Position numbers and translations under genes: made by a program. Below are positions 46,857 through 56,589 of a stretch of 64,000 nucleotides of DNA, piece by piece. The notes beneath the pieces were generated by a model. It made no database searches, had not been told where the DNA came from, and worked only from the letters and a program-made list of their open reading frames with translations. The stretch's first letter is position 1; the number at the start of each line of letters is the position of its first letter. Origin of the DNA: a virus; the IMG/VR virus record IMGVR_UViG_3300014202_000591. One strand, given 5' to 3'.

Positions 46857-47087
46857 TCAATCTCTCAAACTCAAAAACAACTCCGCCCGCTGCGCCTCCA
46901 CTTCCTGCAACAGGCCACGTGAGCGGGCAAGCTTTCGATTCCCTTTCGCAATCTCTTCCCGAATGAAGAGAATTTCCTGTTTTAGCCGCTCACATTCCGC
47001 ACAAACCACAATCGGTTGTGCTTCCGGGGCCAGTGTAGCGGATTGCGTGCCGCTGTTGCAAATTATTTCCGAATTACTGCTGGTCAA
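46857..47087 (-). CDS. Small coiled-coil protein with CxxC
   Basis: VVCAECERLKQE. Confidence 0.5.
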   Translation of the reverse strand: MTSSNSEIICNSGTQSATLAPEAQPIVVCAECERLKQEILFIREEIAKGNRKLARSRGLLQEVEAQRAELFLSLRD

Positions 47088-47113
47088 AGGTGGTGCCCTC
47101 GTTAAAGTGCCGA

Positions 47114-47983
47114 TCAGATATTCCTTGGCTTTACGGGTAATTCGCGCTTGCCAAGCTTGCTTTGAATTACCCGCTCAAGGTCTTCGATGTAGGCATCCCG
47201 CAAGCGGCAACCAAGACAAGTCCTCTGCTCCACCACGTAATCCATTGTCACGCTTGGCGTGGTCGGCGCGACGGACGGGACAGCGGACGAATGCACCACC
47301 GGGGCACTGTGCTCTTGGTAAGACTGAATCTCAGCAACAGGCTTTGCGACCTTCACGTAATGCGTTCCGGTTGGCAGTTCGCTTGGCGGGCTGGCCTTTA
47401 TGTTTTCCACTTTCTTGCCAGCGGGCATCGAGTAATTAGTGTTGAAGTACCAATAGAGAATTTCCCGAAACTTGGACTTGTCAAAAGAAGTGTAACTTTT
47501 GCAGTAGGCATCGAAGATGGCCTGATAGTCAGCCTTGCGCTTTTCGGTGTCGGACTGCACTCGGCAAATTAGTAACATCATCTCGCCAAGCATGTCGTCG
47601 CCGATGAGGACGAATGTTTCCTTGCTGAACATCCGCACCATTACTTCGCGATTCGCAAGCGTGCTGCCGGTCGGCAAATCAACTGTGGCGAGCCATTCAT
47701 CCAGTGACCGACAGCCGAAGTCTTCCCAAAAGCTGCCGAACTTCTGAAGCTGGGTATAAGCGAACACCTGCTTGTATTTGTTTTCCAGCGTTTCGGCGCG
47801 CAAATCGAGTTGAAACTTAATGCACGCCTGAAGGTCTTCGGGCAACCCCATTGATTTCATCTCGGATTCGTAACGAAGCTGACGAAGATTCAGACTAAGC
47901 CTGTCTTGGCCTTCGTAGCCGATGCCGAGATTATGTTTCCCGTTGCGGCGGGAGTGGACAAGGACTTGATTAGATGAGTTCAT
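47114..47983 (-). CDS. Hypothetical protein (289 aa)
   Basis: Long ORF with lower GC than the flanks; no motif recognised. Confidence 0.7.
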   Translation of the reverse strand: MNSSNQVLVHSRRNGKHNLGIGYEGQDRLSLNLRQLRYESEMKSMGLPEDLQACIKFQLDLRAETLENKYKQVFAYTQLQKFGSFWEDFGCRSLDEWLATVDLPTGSTLANREVMVRMFSKETFVLIGDDMLGEMMLLICRVQSDTEKRKADYQAIFDAYCKSYTSFDKSKFREILYWYFNTNYSMPAGKKVENIKASPPSELPTGTHYVKVAKPVAEIQSYQEHSAPVVHSSAVPSVAPTTPSVTMDYVVEQRTCLGCRLRDAYIEDLERVIQSKLGKRELPVKPRNI

Positions 47984-48626
47984 TTAGTCTCCTTTGGTAA
48001 TGCCTTTTTGAATCGGCGCGAAAATACTCAAAACGAGTGCGATGCAACGGGCATAAAGGCCATTTGCTCTGCCTGCTTTTTGCTTTTTCGCATAACGGGA
48101 AGGCGCAGCCCTCTCCGTCCCATTCACTAATGCGGCGGATTAGCTCAGGCGTGTACACCCTTCCCATGTCCGCACTTTTTTTTACCCCCCGATATCTACG
48201 GCCCCACGCCTCGACGCTGGTTGCTGAAAACTCGTCCCTGCATTTCACAGAGCAGAACTGAGTCTTGTATTCAATCAGGCGACTCGCCTTTTTCCGGTAA
48301 ATAAGTCCGCAGTTAAAGCAAGCAATGGCGGTACTGCAAAGGTGCAGATTTACCTTCCTGTGATTCAGCGGATTGCCATCTATGAACGCAATGCGAGCCA
48401 GACGGGGCATGTCTACGACGATCTTATACAGCAGCACTGTCGGCCTAGATTGAGACACGACGCGGCTTGCCCATCCTTCACGTTGACATATTTGCCATCG
48501 GCGGCAAGCCGCCTTCTCGTAATCCTCCGCATCCACCACACACCATCCGCCGTTCACCAGCGGGACCCGCATCCAGTCCTTCCCCTCTTCGCCCCAATCA
48601 GGACTTGGTATGAGTTCATTTAGCAT
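47970..48626 (-). CDS. HNH homing-endonuclease-like protein with degenerate active site
   Basis: VPLVNGGWCVVDAEDYE...LLYKIV...IAFIDGNPLNHRKVNL aligns by eye to HNH_3 VDHINGNPLDNRKENL; followed by Cys-rich fingers. Confidence 0.65.
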   Translation of the reverse strand: MLNELIPSPDWGEEGKDWMRVPLVNGGWCVVDAEDYEKAACRRWQICQREGWASRVVSQSRPTVLLYKIVVDMPRLARIAFIDGNPLNHRKVNLHLCSTAIACFNCGLIYRKKASRLIEYKTQFCSVKCRDEFSATSVEAWGRRYRGVKKSADMGRVYTPELIRRISEWDGEGCAFPLCEKAKSRQSKWPLCPLHRTRFEYFRADSKRHYQRRLNELI

Positions 48627-48660
48627 TAGTCGTTTCCTCTATTGCGTTATTATTTCTGCC

Positions 48661-49674
48661 CTACCACTCCGCCATTCCATCCAGTTGATCGCCCTCCCGA
48701 TCGCTTCCAAGAAACAGGCGATTCGCCATCCGCAATCGCGCCTCCAGCCCGTCCCTCTCCGCCCGCATCGCATCCAGTTGCTCCAGCAGCCAGACCAGCA
48801 ATTGCGCCTGATCCGGCCACACATCCGACCGGTCGGGATGGGCGGCTTGCCAGAGTTTGATTGCGCGGTCGCTGGCGGCGGTTTGCAGGGTGGCGAAAGA
48901 CTGAAGGTCGGTAAGTTCGGCCAGCAGCGGCGCGCCGGGATTTGCCACAGATAAAAATTCAGTGATTGCTTGGCAGGTATTTGGGAATCGCCCGTCCTTC
49001 TCGAATAGCGCGCGAAGCCATTCAAGTTCTTTCCGCGCCGCCGCCGCATCCGCCTGCGCCGCGTCACGATCCTCAACCGCCCCCTTTGCTATTTGCTGAA
49101 TCAGTTCCACTCCGGCAAGTTGGGCGTCTTTGACCGCCTCCGCCAACGCCCCCTCTGCCTTGCTGCGTCCAAGCTTACCGGGCCGTCCAAGCGCTTCCCA
49201 TACCGCCTCCCATTTGGTCAGCACTTCGCAAGCTTCGCGTTTCCATTGCTCCAGTCGCTCAATTGTCGTCCGCAATTCCCGCCGCTGCTCAATATCCCCC
49301 ACCTGCTGCGCCGCATAGGCCGCAATGGCGGCTTCAAGTTCAGCATTACGCGTTTCATTGGCGTTGCAGTTGGGGCAGAAGTTTGTCACCGGGTGCTGGT
49401 AAAGCCGCCGGTAGTACTTGGCGATGGCTTTCCAGCGGGCGCGCCAGCGGGATTCGGGAGTGGTCGCAAGCCCTTTTACCGTGCTCCCACAGGTCGAACA
49501 TGTAATCGCTTCGTACCGCAGCGGGCCATCTATGGCTTCGGAAGCGGAAACAGGGAGTTGCCTGTCGTCAACAATCAAGTCTTTGTACACGCCAAACCCC
49601 CAGCAGTCTGGACAGTTCTCGATGTGCGGAATGGCGCAGGTAGTGCAGGTTCTTTGCGGGTCGTGTAGGATCAT
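48661..49674 (-). CDS. Hypothetical mosaic protein (Cys-rich N-terminus, coiled coil)
   Basis: CPDCWGFG, CSTC and CPNC followed by heptads. Confidence 0.6.
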   Translation of the reverse strand: MILHDPQRTCTTCAIPHIENCPDCWGFGVYKDLIVDDRQLPVSASEAIDGPLRYEAITCSTCGSTVKGLATTPESRWRARWKAIAKYYRRLYQHPVTNFCPNCNANETRNAELEAAIAAYAAQQVGDIEQRRELRTTIERLEQWKREACEVLTKWEAVWEALGRPGKLGRSKAEGALAEAVKDAQLAGVELIQQIAKGAVEDRDAAQADAAAARKELEWLRALFEKDGRFPNTCQAITEFLSVANPGAPLLAELTDLQSFATLQTAASDRAIKLWQAAHPDRSDVWPDQAQLLVWLLEQLDAMRAERDGLEARLRMANRLFLGSDREGDQLDGMAEW

Positions 49675-52354
49675 TTCTCACCTCCCACTTCTTCACCTTC
49701 GCTCTTCGTCACGCTTACCGAAATCCCTTGAATCGTCTCATATGCCATAGTCAGCGTCTGGAGCAGCGACAGGACCGATTCAGGATCAAGCACGATGCGC
49801 GCGGTTTTGATCTGCGGCGTTTTGACGATCTCGCCCTTGGTGTATTCCCAAATAGGCTCCGTGAGCATCAGTACAAGTTCGACCGATGGCACTGCGGCCA
49901 TTGTTTCGGGATTTAGTTGAAACGTGATGTTGTGTGCGCTGCCTGTGTAGTTTTTCATTCCCCCCCCCTCCAACCAGCCGCAAAAATTCCGCACAGGCGG
50001 CGGATTCGTCTGTGGTTGCCAATCGAATTCCCCCCTCCACTCTGTAGCTGGCCTGCTGATACACAATCCAGTGTTCGCCATCCCAGTGGAGGCTGAAGTA
50101 TCCGCAGCAGACGACCACGTCTTGCCCCTGCGCCTTCATCACGTCCGCGAGTGTCAGCGCCTCTCCCTCCGGCGGGTGGTAGGGGTGGCCACAGATTTCG
50201 CAGGCCATCGGTTTGTCGGTTATTCGGTAGACGCAGATTTCGTGGTCGGTCATCGTTCCTCCTTCGCTGCCGTCGGCATACTCCCGTCCACCATCCGCTC
50301 AATTTCTTCTAGCACGCTCAGCGGCAAACGTCCCCAGCGCGTTTCGCGGAATTTGCTCAGCAGACGCGCCTTATGCTCACGCAAGCGGACTGCCGCCAGT
50401 GCGTCGGGAGTAGGTTCGCGCAGATCGGCGGAATGCCATCTATCACCGCCCACTTCCCGCCCATTCGTCCGCCGGAATTTGACATTGCCAATGTGGATTT
50501 GCGTTGCCGTAGTGCGTGTCACCATTGCCACGTAGTCGGGCGTATAGGTTGCGCCCGGAGAGACGATCACCGAATCGCCGGGCTTAAGGTTTTGGAGCCA
50601 GTTGTTGTCGTCTTTAGCCATTGTCCTTGTCCTCCATCGCAAACACCGCGAGCAGCGCCGCGATTGTTTCGGAGCGGGGGGAGTTGCCGGGAACAATATT
50701 CCAAGAATTCAGAGGCATAGTCGGCATCCACCAGCGAATTTCTGAATGATTGTCAGTAATTGCGATCTGTACAACTAGGAGAGAATTGGACATTGCTTTT
50801 GCCAGCAGTTCGCCGCTCTGGTTGCGGTCGGTGGCGGGCCGGTAGTTGCGCTGCGAGGTCAATTCACCGTTCGCCATTTGCCAAGTGCCAAGCCCGGTTA
50901 GCGACCAGCCGAGAATTTGTTGGCCCGCCAGCCGGTTCAGTTCGTCGTCGCTCAGATTGGTTAGTTGTTCCAGCGTCATCTTGCCCCCTTTGCTGCCGAC
51001 AGCAGGCCATAAATCTGCCTGTAAATTCCAACTTCCACGGGTGCGCCATCACACCCAAGCTCCTCTTCCGGGCAGTTCAGGTCCCGGATATTTGCCAGCG
51101 TTTCCGGCCAAGTAATATCGCCGCCTTGTTCGTATTCGTAGCTCCCGATTTCGGCGTTCTCCCAAAGAGTGAACAGCGGGCCGGATTCGCCTGCCATCCA
51201 GGATTCGACGGCAGCAAGTACGGCTTTCGCCGCCTCAGTCCGCCGATCCGCCTCCAGCGCAAGCTCTGCCGCCGCGTGGCGGGCGTCGCGGTGGCCAATC
51301 TTGTACACTTCGCCGAAGTTGGCCGCGACATCTCTGACGCCGACCTGCTTTTCTACATCAATCTGCAAATTCAAAATCCGTCCGTGAAAGTCACTCATCG
51401 CATCATCTCCTTCGGCTGATCCGAGCCAGCTATGCACATCTCACAAAACAGCGTGCTCGTCACCGCGCTGCTCTCAAACTGCGCATCACACTCCCGGCAC
51501 GTCCGCCTACTTGCCGGATACAGCAGCCGCACACCAGCGTTCAATTCCGGCGCACTGCGGTCGCGGGCGAAGCTGCCGTCGTCGTAGTCGGCGATGACGG
51601 CGGCAAGGGCGGCGCGCTGGAGTTCGGGCCAGTTGGGGGCGATTGGGGCGACGGCGAGGGCGAGGGCGAGGGTCAAGATTCCACCTCCACGGCCACGCTC
51701 TCCAGGTCGTAACCCAGGCCCACTTCCTGCCCGTCGCAATAGGCGAAGAAGCCGCCGCCTGAAGCGGCAGGGCCGGAAATGTAAGCGCCATTGAGTAGGG
51801 CCACGCAATGCTCCCGCAATTGTTCAACCGTGGGCACGGCAGGATTCCCGCCGAAATTCCATTCGTGGCCAGTCAGGGTCATCACCGCGTGGACCTTGGC
51901 AAAGTCGAACTTGGCCAGAATGGTTTCAATTGCTGTTTTCTTTTCTTCGATTGTCATTGATTGCATTCTCCGTTTTTCGTTCTCTGCGTTCTCAGGGGTG
52001 GGGCGCTGTACCTTCGCCCCGTAAAAATCCAACCTTGGCCGGTTTCCGCTTGAAAGCGCCCTATCCTGATTCCACTCGTCCCGGCTTCGGTGATACTGCA
52101 TGACACTGCTCCACCGAATACACCGCGCCGTATTGCGTCCGCTGCCCGACAACGATTCGCCACCCGTCCACCTCGCCCACACTGTTGAGCAACCGTCCCA
52201 AGATCGTTTGCCGCCCTCGCTCTGCGACCGCCCCGCCCAGGTCCACGCCGCACTGTTCGGCCAGTGGCAGCAGGGTGGCACACGTCACGGGGCGGGAGTG
52301 GGTGCGGGACCAGAGGGAGAGGAAGGTTACAAAAGCTTGCTGGGTTGGGGCCAT
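49671..52354 (-). CDS. Cluster of small coupled hypothetical genes (49671-49958, 49955-50253, 50250-50621, 50614-50979, 50976-51398, 51395-~51680, 51673-51957, 52061-52354)
   Basis: Overlapping ATGA/TGA junctions with GGAGG RBSs; 50614-50979 is NinX/ABA-sandwich-like. Confidence 0.55.
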
Positions 52355-52821
52355 GAGTAATCTCCTGTCCGGATCACATAGCCGTGATCCTGATAAACCG
52401 TGACGTTGCCGATTTGAAATTCCGTGACGGTCGGGTTGACGCAATGCGCGACTCGGTGGCCGTCGCCGATTCCGTGAATGTGAGGGCGCGAGCAAAACGG
52501 GCAAGGCTCAGTGCCGCTGGATTCCGTCTTTCGCCGCAAAACCAGATATGCCCGCCCGTCCAGCGTTTCGACCTGGAACGCTCCGGCCTGTGCGATAAAT
52601 GCCTGCACTTCCGGAGTATCGTGAAACCATTCGCCGCGCTTATGAGACGCCCAAAGCTGACGGTGAATTTCTTTCTCCATTTTGCGACCGCCCGGGATGG
52701 TTTTAAGGATCCGGACAACCTCCGGATTTCCGCACTGAACCTGCTGAACCCCGGCTGTCGGATCAAACGCAAACCCGATTTTGATCGGCCCGCCTGTTTC
52801 CGCCTGAATGAAGTAAATCAC
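52327..52821 (-). CDS. T5orf172 / GIY-YIG-like nuclease domain protein
   Basis: MIYFIQ...GPIKIG...Q.GNP......G....EKEIH......RGEWF. Confidence 0.8.
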   Translation of the reverse strand: MIYFIQAETGGPIKIGFAFDPTAGVQQVQCGNPEVVRILKTIPGGRKMEKEIHRQLWASHKRGEWFHDTPEVQAFIAQAGAFQVETLDGRAYLVLRRKTESSGTEPCPFCSRPHIHGIGDGHRVAHCVNPTVTEFQIGNVTVYQDHGYVIRTGDYSWPQPSKLL

Positions 52822-52852
52822 TAAAACCTCCGCTTTAATCGTTTTTTGCCAT

Positions 52853-52960
52853 TTGAAGGAACTCTAGGAACTAAAGGAACCTTTTCACCTCTATAAATAA
52901 TTCTTTCTCTTTATATGGGGGGGATAGAGAAGTTCCTTCTAGTTCCTATAGTTCCTTCAA
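52853..52960. repeat. Iteron-like direct and inverted repeats around an AT-rich core (candidate origin)
   Basis: AGGAAC(T/C) at 52857, 52866 and 52875; AGTTCCT at 52931, 52941 and 52950; outer inverted repeat TTGAAGGAACT/AGTTCCTTCAA. Confidence 0.65.
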
Positions 52961-52997
52961 GTACCATCCAAAACTGTAAATTGCGTATCAATTAGAC

Positions 52998-54626
52998 TCA
53001 CTCAGGAACTAAAACTACCTTCCACATCTGCTTACCCTTCTCCGTGCCTGCTCGCTCGATTGTGAATTTTTGATTTATATTCTTGCCGTTTTCGTCTTCT
53101 CCTGTGAAATCTATTACCATCTCTTCGCTGGCTTTTAGATACATTCCGAGTGAGATTTGACGCGCCTTTTCCGTGGATCCGCGCAGTGATAATCCGTCAA
53201 CGCCTTCGGCTACCCCGAGCAATTCGCCGACTGAACAGCGCTCCATTTTGTTGCGCTCCATCCATTCGTACCAAGTTGAGCAAAACAGACTGCGCGTCTG
53301 CCGCTCGGTGTCGGAACGGCTTTGAAAGTCGCGAGCATTGGCGAGAAATTGTTCATAACCGGCGGCGCCAAGAATGCCTCCCAGGACGTTCGACCATCGC
53401 TCAAAACTTCCCAGCGGTCGAAGCTTGGCCTTTGGCCTTCCTTCCTGAATCCACCACTTCACAATGACGTGCGAGGCCTGCACCAGCCGCGCGCGGTTGG
53501 TTTCGATCCACTCCATCAGGTCGTCGTGAATAAAATTCTCCCGGTCCTCCGGACGGTCGGTTTTTGGTGTTAAGCGGATCCGGATTGAACGCCGCGCAAG
53601 CTCGGTGGAAATCGTGATGTTGTTTCCGGTCGTCACCCAGCAGCAGCGGATTTTGATTTGCGTGGTTGAGTTCTGCCCCAAGATCCGTTCCGACCAAGTA
53701 TCGCCCGTAATGGCGGCGGCAAGGGTTCCGGAATCCAGCATTCGGCTAACGTTATCAATCAGGATGCAGGGCTTGCCCTCCATCAGCATTGACGTAATTT
53801 TCTTCCGCCACTCGTCGTCATCCCGGGGCTGGGTGGTCAGGCCCATATCCCGCCCGATGCTCGGGTAGAGCAGTGAACTGGCAAGCAGCCCCTTTCCGGA
53901 TCCGGGCATTGACGCTTCGATCAGGTGGTTCGGTGTAGGACCGTCAATCATTTCGCGTACAAATGGGAGCAGCGACAATGAAACCGCGTTATCCCGGTCG
54001 GCGTCGGACGCAAACGGGAAATCCCCGAGCAGATCATTGCAGATCAGCGCGTTCGCCTTATCAAGGTCATCTCGGGTGAGAACGGCGGGAACCGGCAGCG
54101 CAGTGAAATTGCTTAGCGGTGAATAGAGTACGCCGCTCTCCGGATCAAATCCTGCCTCGGTCTGCAAGGATCCGCCCGGGCCGAAAACTGGAACATGAAC
54201 CACCCGGGTAAGCCGGGGCAGTGCCATATCCTTCGTCGCCAGCACGTCCTTAATGACATCAAGCGGCGGCTTAACCAGCGCCATTCCTTCTTTGTTCCAG
54301 TGCGCCCACATTGAAAGGTGGTGGCGCATGATTTCCGCCGTTACATGCTGGAGCAGCACCGTCCCATCCGGATTCCGGACCACGCGAACCATCTGACCGC
54401 CGTACAGAAACAAAACCGGCGGTTGATTGCCTTGCTTGATGGCTTGCCAGCAGAGCGCGTTTAATGTCGGCAGGTGATTAATTGAAATATCAATTGAAAC
54501 CATCCCGCCATCTTCAAAAGGACTTGGTGGCAAAGGGGGCAGATCCGGAGGCATATCGCCTGGCGGCGGCACGGCCAGCAACCTGCCGACGTCCTCAGGA
54601 CCGTTGATTCGTAGCTCAGACATCAC
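52998..54626 (-). CDS. Primase-associated P-loop NTPase / replicative helicase-like protein
   Basis: IEASMPGSGKGLLAS Walker A, ILIDNV Walker B-like, TWSERILGQN, VTTGNN, ELARR. Confidence 0.75.
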   Translation of the reverse strand: MMSELRINGPEDVGRLLAVPPPGDMPPDLPPLPPSPFEDGGMVSIDISINHLPTLNALCWQAIKQGNQPPVLFLYGGQMVRVVRNPDGTVLLQHVTAEIMRHHLSMWAHWNKEGMALVKPPLDVIKDVLATKDMALPRLTRVVHVPVFGPGGSLQTEAGFDPESGVLYSPLSNFTALPVPAVLTRDDLDKANALICNDLLGDFPFASDADRDNAVSLSLLPFVREMIDGPTPNHLIEASMPGSGKGLLASSLLYPSIGRDMGLTTQPRDDDEWRKKITSMLMEGKPCILIDNVSRMLDSGTLAAAITGDTWSERILGQNSTTQIKIRCCWVTTGNNITISTELARRSIRIRLTPKTDRPEDRENFIHDDLMEWIETNRARLVQASHVIVKWWIQEGRPKAKLRPLGSFERWSNVLGGILGAAGYEQFLANARDFQSRSDTERQTRSLFCSTWYEWMERNKMERCSVGELLGVAEGVDGLSLRGSTEKARQISLGMYLKASEEMVIDFTGEDENGKNINQKFTIERAGTEKGKQMWKVVLVPE

Positions 54627-55201
54627 TGGATAAAACTCCCTCTTTGACCGTGCTCGAATCGCGCAGAGCGGGCGGCGATGATGGCGCGTCCAACATGATT
54701 AACGTCTGATTCCCAGCCTTTTTCGCCCCACGGGACGGTGGCGCTGTGAGGGGTCGTGCATTCACAATCTGCAAGGCGGCGATCCGGCGAGATTCCAAAC
54801 CCTCTGCACTTTCGGCAAACCCAAAACCAGTGCTCGTCTCCGGCCCATCCGTCCGGATCAATCTTCAGTAATTGACCGTTCTCAGGGTCGCCGACCACGC
54901 CCCAGCCGAAATAGAGATCAAGCCCACTTGCTTTGGTAAGGTTCTCGGCTTTCTCGATTTCTTCTTCCGTCGGCTCTTCGCCTTTCACTTCAAACCATAC
55001 GCGGAGATGCGGAAGCCAGAAATCGGGCAGATACAGGCTGCCATTAACATTGAATCCCTCCTGCTCGTACCTCCATTCAAGTCCAAAGGTGTCGAAGAAG
55101 ACCGCCCATCGCGCTTCAGAACGCGAGCGAAAATGAAACCCTTTGTAAAGCGTCGGAATGGCGCTGATTTTCTGCCGCGAGTTTTGTTTTACGTATCTCA
55201 A
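54623..55201 (-). CDS. PD-(D/E)XK nuclease-like protein
   Basis: IPTLYKGFHFRSRSEARWAVFFD...WRYEQEGF...YLPDFWLP...WFEVKG. Confidence 0.8.
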   Translation of the reverse strand: MRYVKQNSRQKISAIPTLYKGFHFRSRSEARWAVFFDTFGLEWRYEQEGFNVNGSLYLPDFWLPHLRVWFEVKGEEPTEEEIEKAENLTKASGLDLYFGWGVVGDPENGQLLKIDPDGWAGDEHWFWVCRKCRGFGISPDRRLADCECTTPHSATVPWGEKGWESDVNHVGRAIIAARSARFEHGQRGSFIQ

Positions 55202-56187
55202 TTCGCCACCTCCAATAGATAATCATCAAAACCCTTGCCCCGAGCCGGATCCCAGGTCAGGGACTCGGAAGAAATGCCGGCGGATCCCAAGGATTCGCTT
55301 AGTCGTTCCAGTTGCGCTCGCGTGTTTCCCCGGGCGCGGTCGCTGGCTTCCCTGTCCGGATGGTCATATGCGATAAGTACGCGGCGGAGTGTTGGAATTT
55401 GGCGCCGAAGCGTCTTGCCAAAGCTGTCCGGAAATGTCCCGGCGCCGACAAGTCCAACTACTGGCACATTCAGCCGCTCAGAAATCACATATGCTTTCAA
55501 GATTCCCTCTGTGATTATTAGACTCGGGGAAGTTGGAGTAACCCGGGCAAAGTGGGCGGGCGCGCCGCTACTGCATCCGGAGGGCAGATCCGTGGAAGAA
55601 AAAAGCAAATACTTTGGCGATGCCTCGCCGTCTCTCCGAATCTCCAATGCCTCGACCTGCCCAAGTAGGTTCCGGATCGGGATAAAGAACCCGGGGGTTC
55701 CGGAGAACCGCATCACCCAGAACTCGTAACGCTTCCAGAATCCCGGGATCCCGGAAAGCTCCGATTGTTTGGCGAATTGCTGCGCCAGCCAGTCTCCGTC
55801 TTCACGACTCGGAACCGAAGCGAATTGACTATTGGTAATGGTTTCTTCAGAAAGATTCCGGACTTCGGCAAGATGGTCGGCATGGTGGCCGCTCAATGGC
55901 AGGATGGATAAAAGGGCTGAATATATTTGATGACGGCGCTCAATGGATGCTCGCAGCGTCTCGGGTTTTACCAATTCCTGCTTGACGGCTACCGGCTGGC
56001 CGTTGCCTGTGTGGATAAATGCGCCGCTCTTCGCTTGCTTGTCGGATGACACGCGCCAGCAAAGCGTAATGCCATCTGCCTGTCCGCAGCCCTGTCCCTG
56101 GCAAATTGGACATTTGCGCGCATGGTTGGATCGGCGCAGGCGGACGCGGGTGTGCCTGCGGTTATGACTTGGAAATGCGATTGTCAC
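55198..56187 (-). CDS. Toprim / DUF3854-like primase domain with N-terminal zinc finger
   Basis: CPICQGQGC; PGFFIPIRN; IITEGILKA; VLIAYD; WDPARGKGFDDYL. Confidence 0.75.
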   Translation of the reverse strand: MTIAFPSHNRRHTRVRLRRSNHARKCPICQGQGCGQADGITLCWRVSSDKQAKSGAFIHTGNGQPVAVKQELVKPETLRASIERRHQIYSALLSILPLSGHHADHLAEVRNLSEETITNSQFASVPSREDGDWLAQQFAKQSELSGIPGFWKRYEFWVMRFSGTPGFFIPIRNLLGQVEALEIRRDGEASPKYLLFSSTDLPSGCSSGAPAHFARVTPTSPSLIITEGILKAYVISERLNVPVVGLVGAGTFPDSFGKTLRRQIPTLRRVLIAYDHPDREASDRARGNTRAQLERLSESLGSAGISSESLTWDPARGKGFDDYLLEVAN

Positions 56188-56265
56188 TTGGTGCCTTCAC
56201 GGCAGGATCGCTGCCGAGTACTGCGTTTATAACAATACCCTTGCGGGCAGGTACGACTTAAAACG

Positions 56266-56363
56266 AAAACAGTATAGCCCCCTCTACACTAAAAAGTCTA
56301 TAGGGCGTCGCTATACTTTTCCGCCCGTTTGCGCGATAATCAAATAGCGCCCTATACTGTTTT
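56266..56363. promoter_or_regulatory. Divergent promoter/operator region
   Basis: 12-bp inverted repeat AAAACAGTATAG (56266-56277) / CTATACTGTTTT (56352-56363); TATAGGGCG/CGCCCTATA; several TATACT and GATAAT -10-like boxes. Confidence 0.6.
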
Positions 56364-56364
56364 A

Positions 56365-56586
56365 ATGAAGAAGGTGAAAATGGTTCTGCCGAGCGCATAC
56401 GCGAAAAAACACAAGGTCTCTTATCCAACCGTGATGAAGTGGATTCAGCAGGGGCGGCTACCCGATGCAAAGTGGCACGAAGAGCCAATCGGGCATTACT
56501 TGATCCCTGAAAACGCGCCAAAGCCCGCCACGAAAATGGGCAGGCCGAAAGGGGCGACAAAGAAGAAAAGTAGTAGGAAAAAATAA
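56365..56586 (+). CDS. Small HTH DNA-binding protein (MerR/excisionase-like)
   Basis: PSAYAKKHKVSYPTVMKWIQQGRLPDA; appears leaderless. Confidence 0.7.
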   Translation: MKKVKMVLPSAYAKKHKVSYPTVMKWIQQGRLPDAKWHEEPIGHYLIPENAPKPATKMGRPKGATKKKSSRKK

Positions 56587-56589
56587 CCA

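Noticed and set aside
51650-51675. GGCGAG tandem hexamers
   Set aside because: They simply encode LALALA in a small gene.
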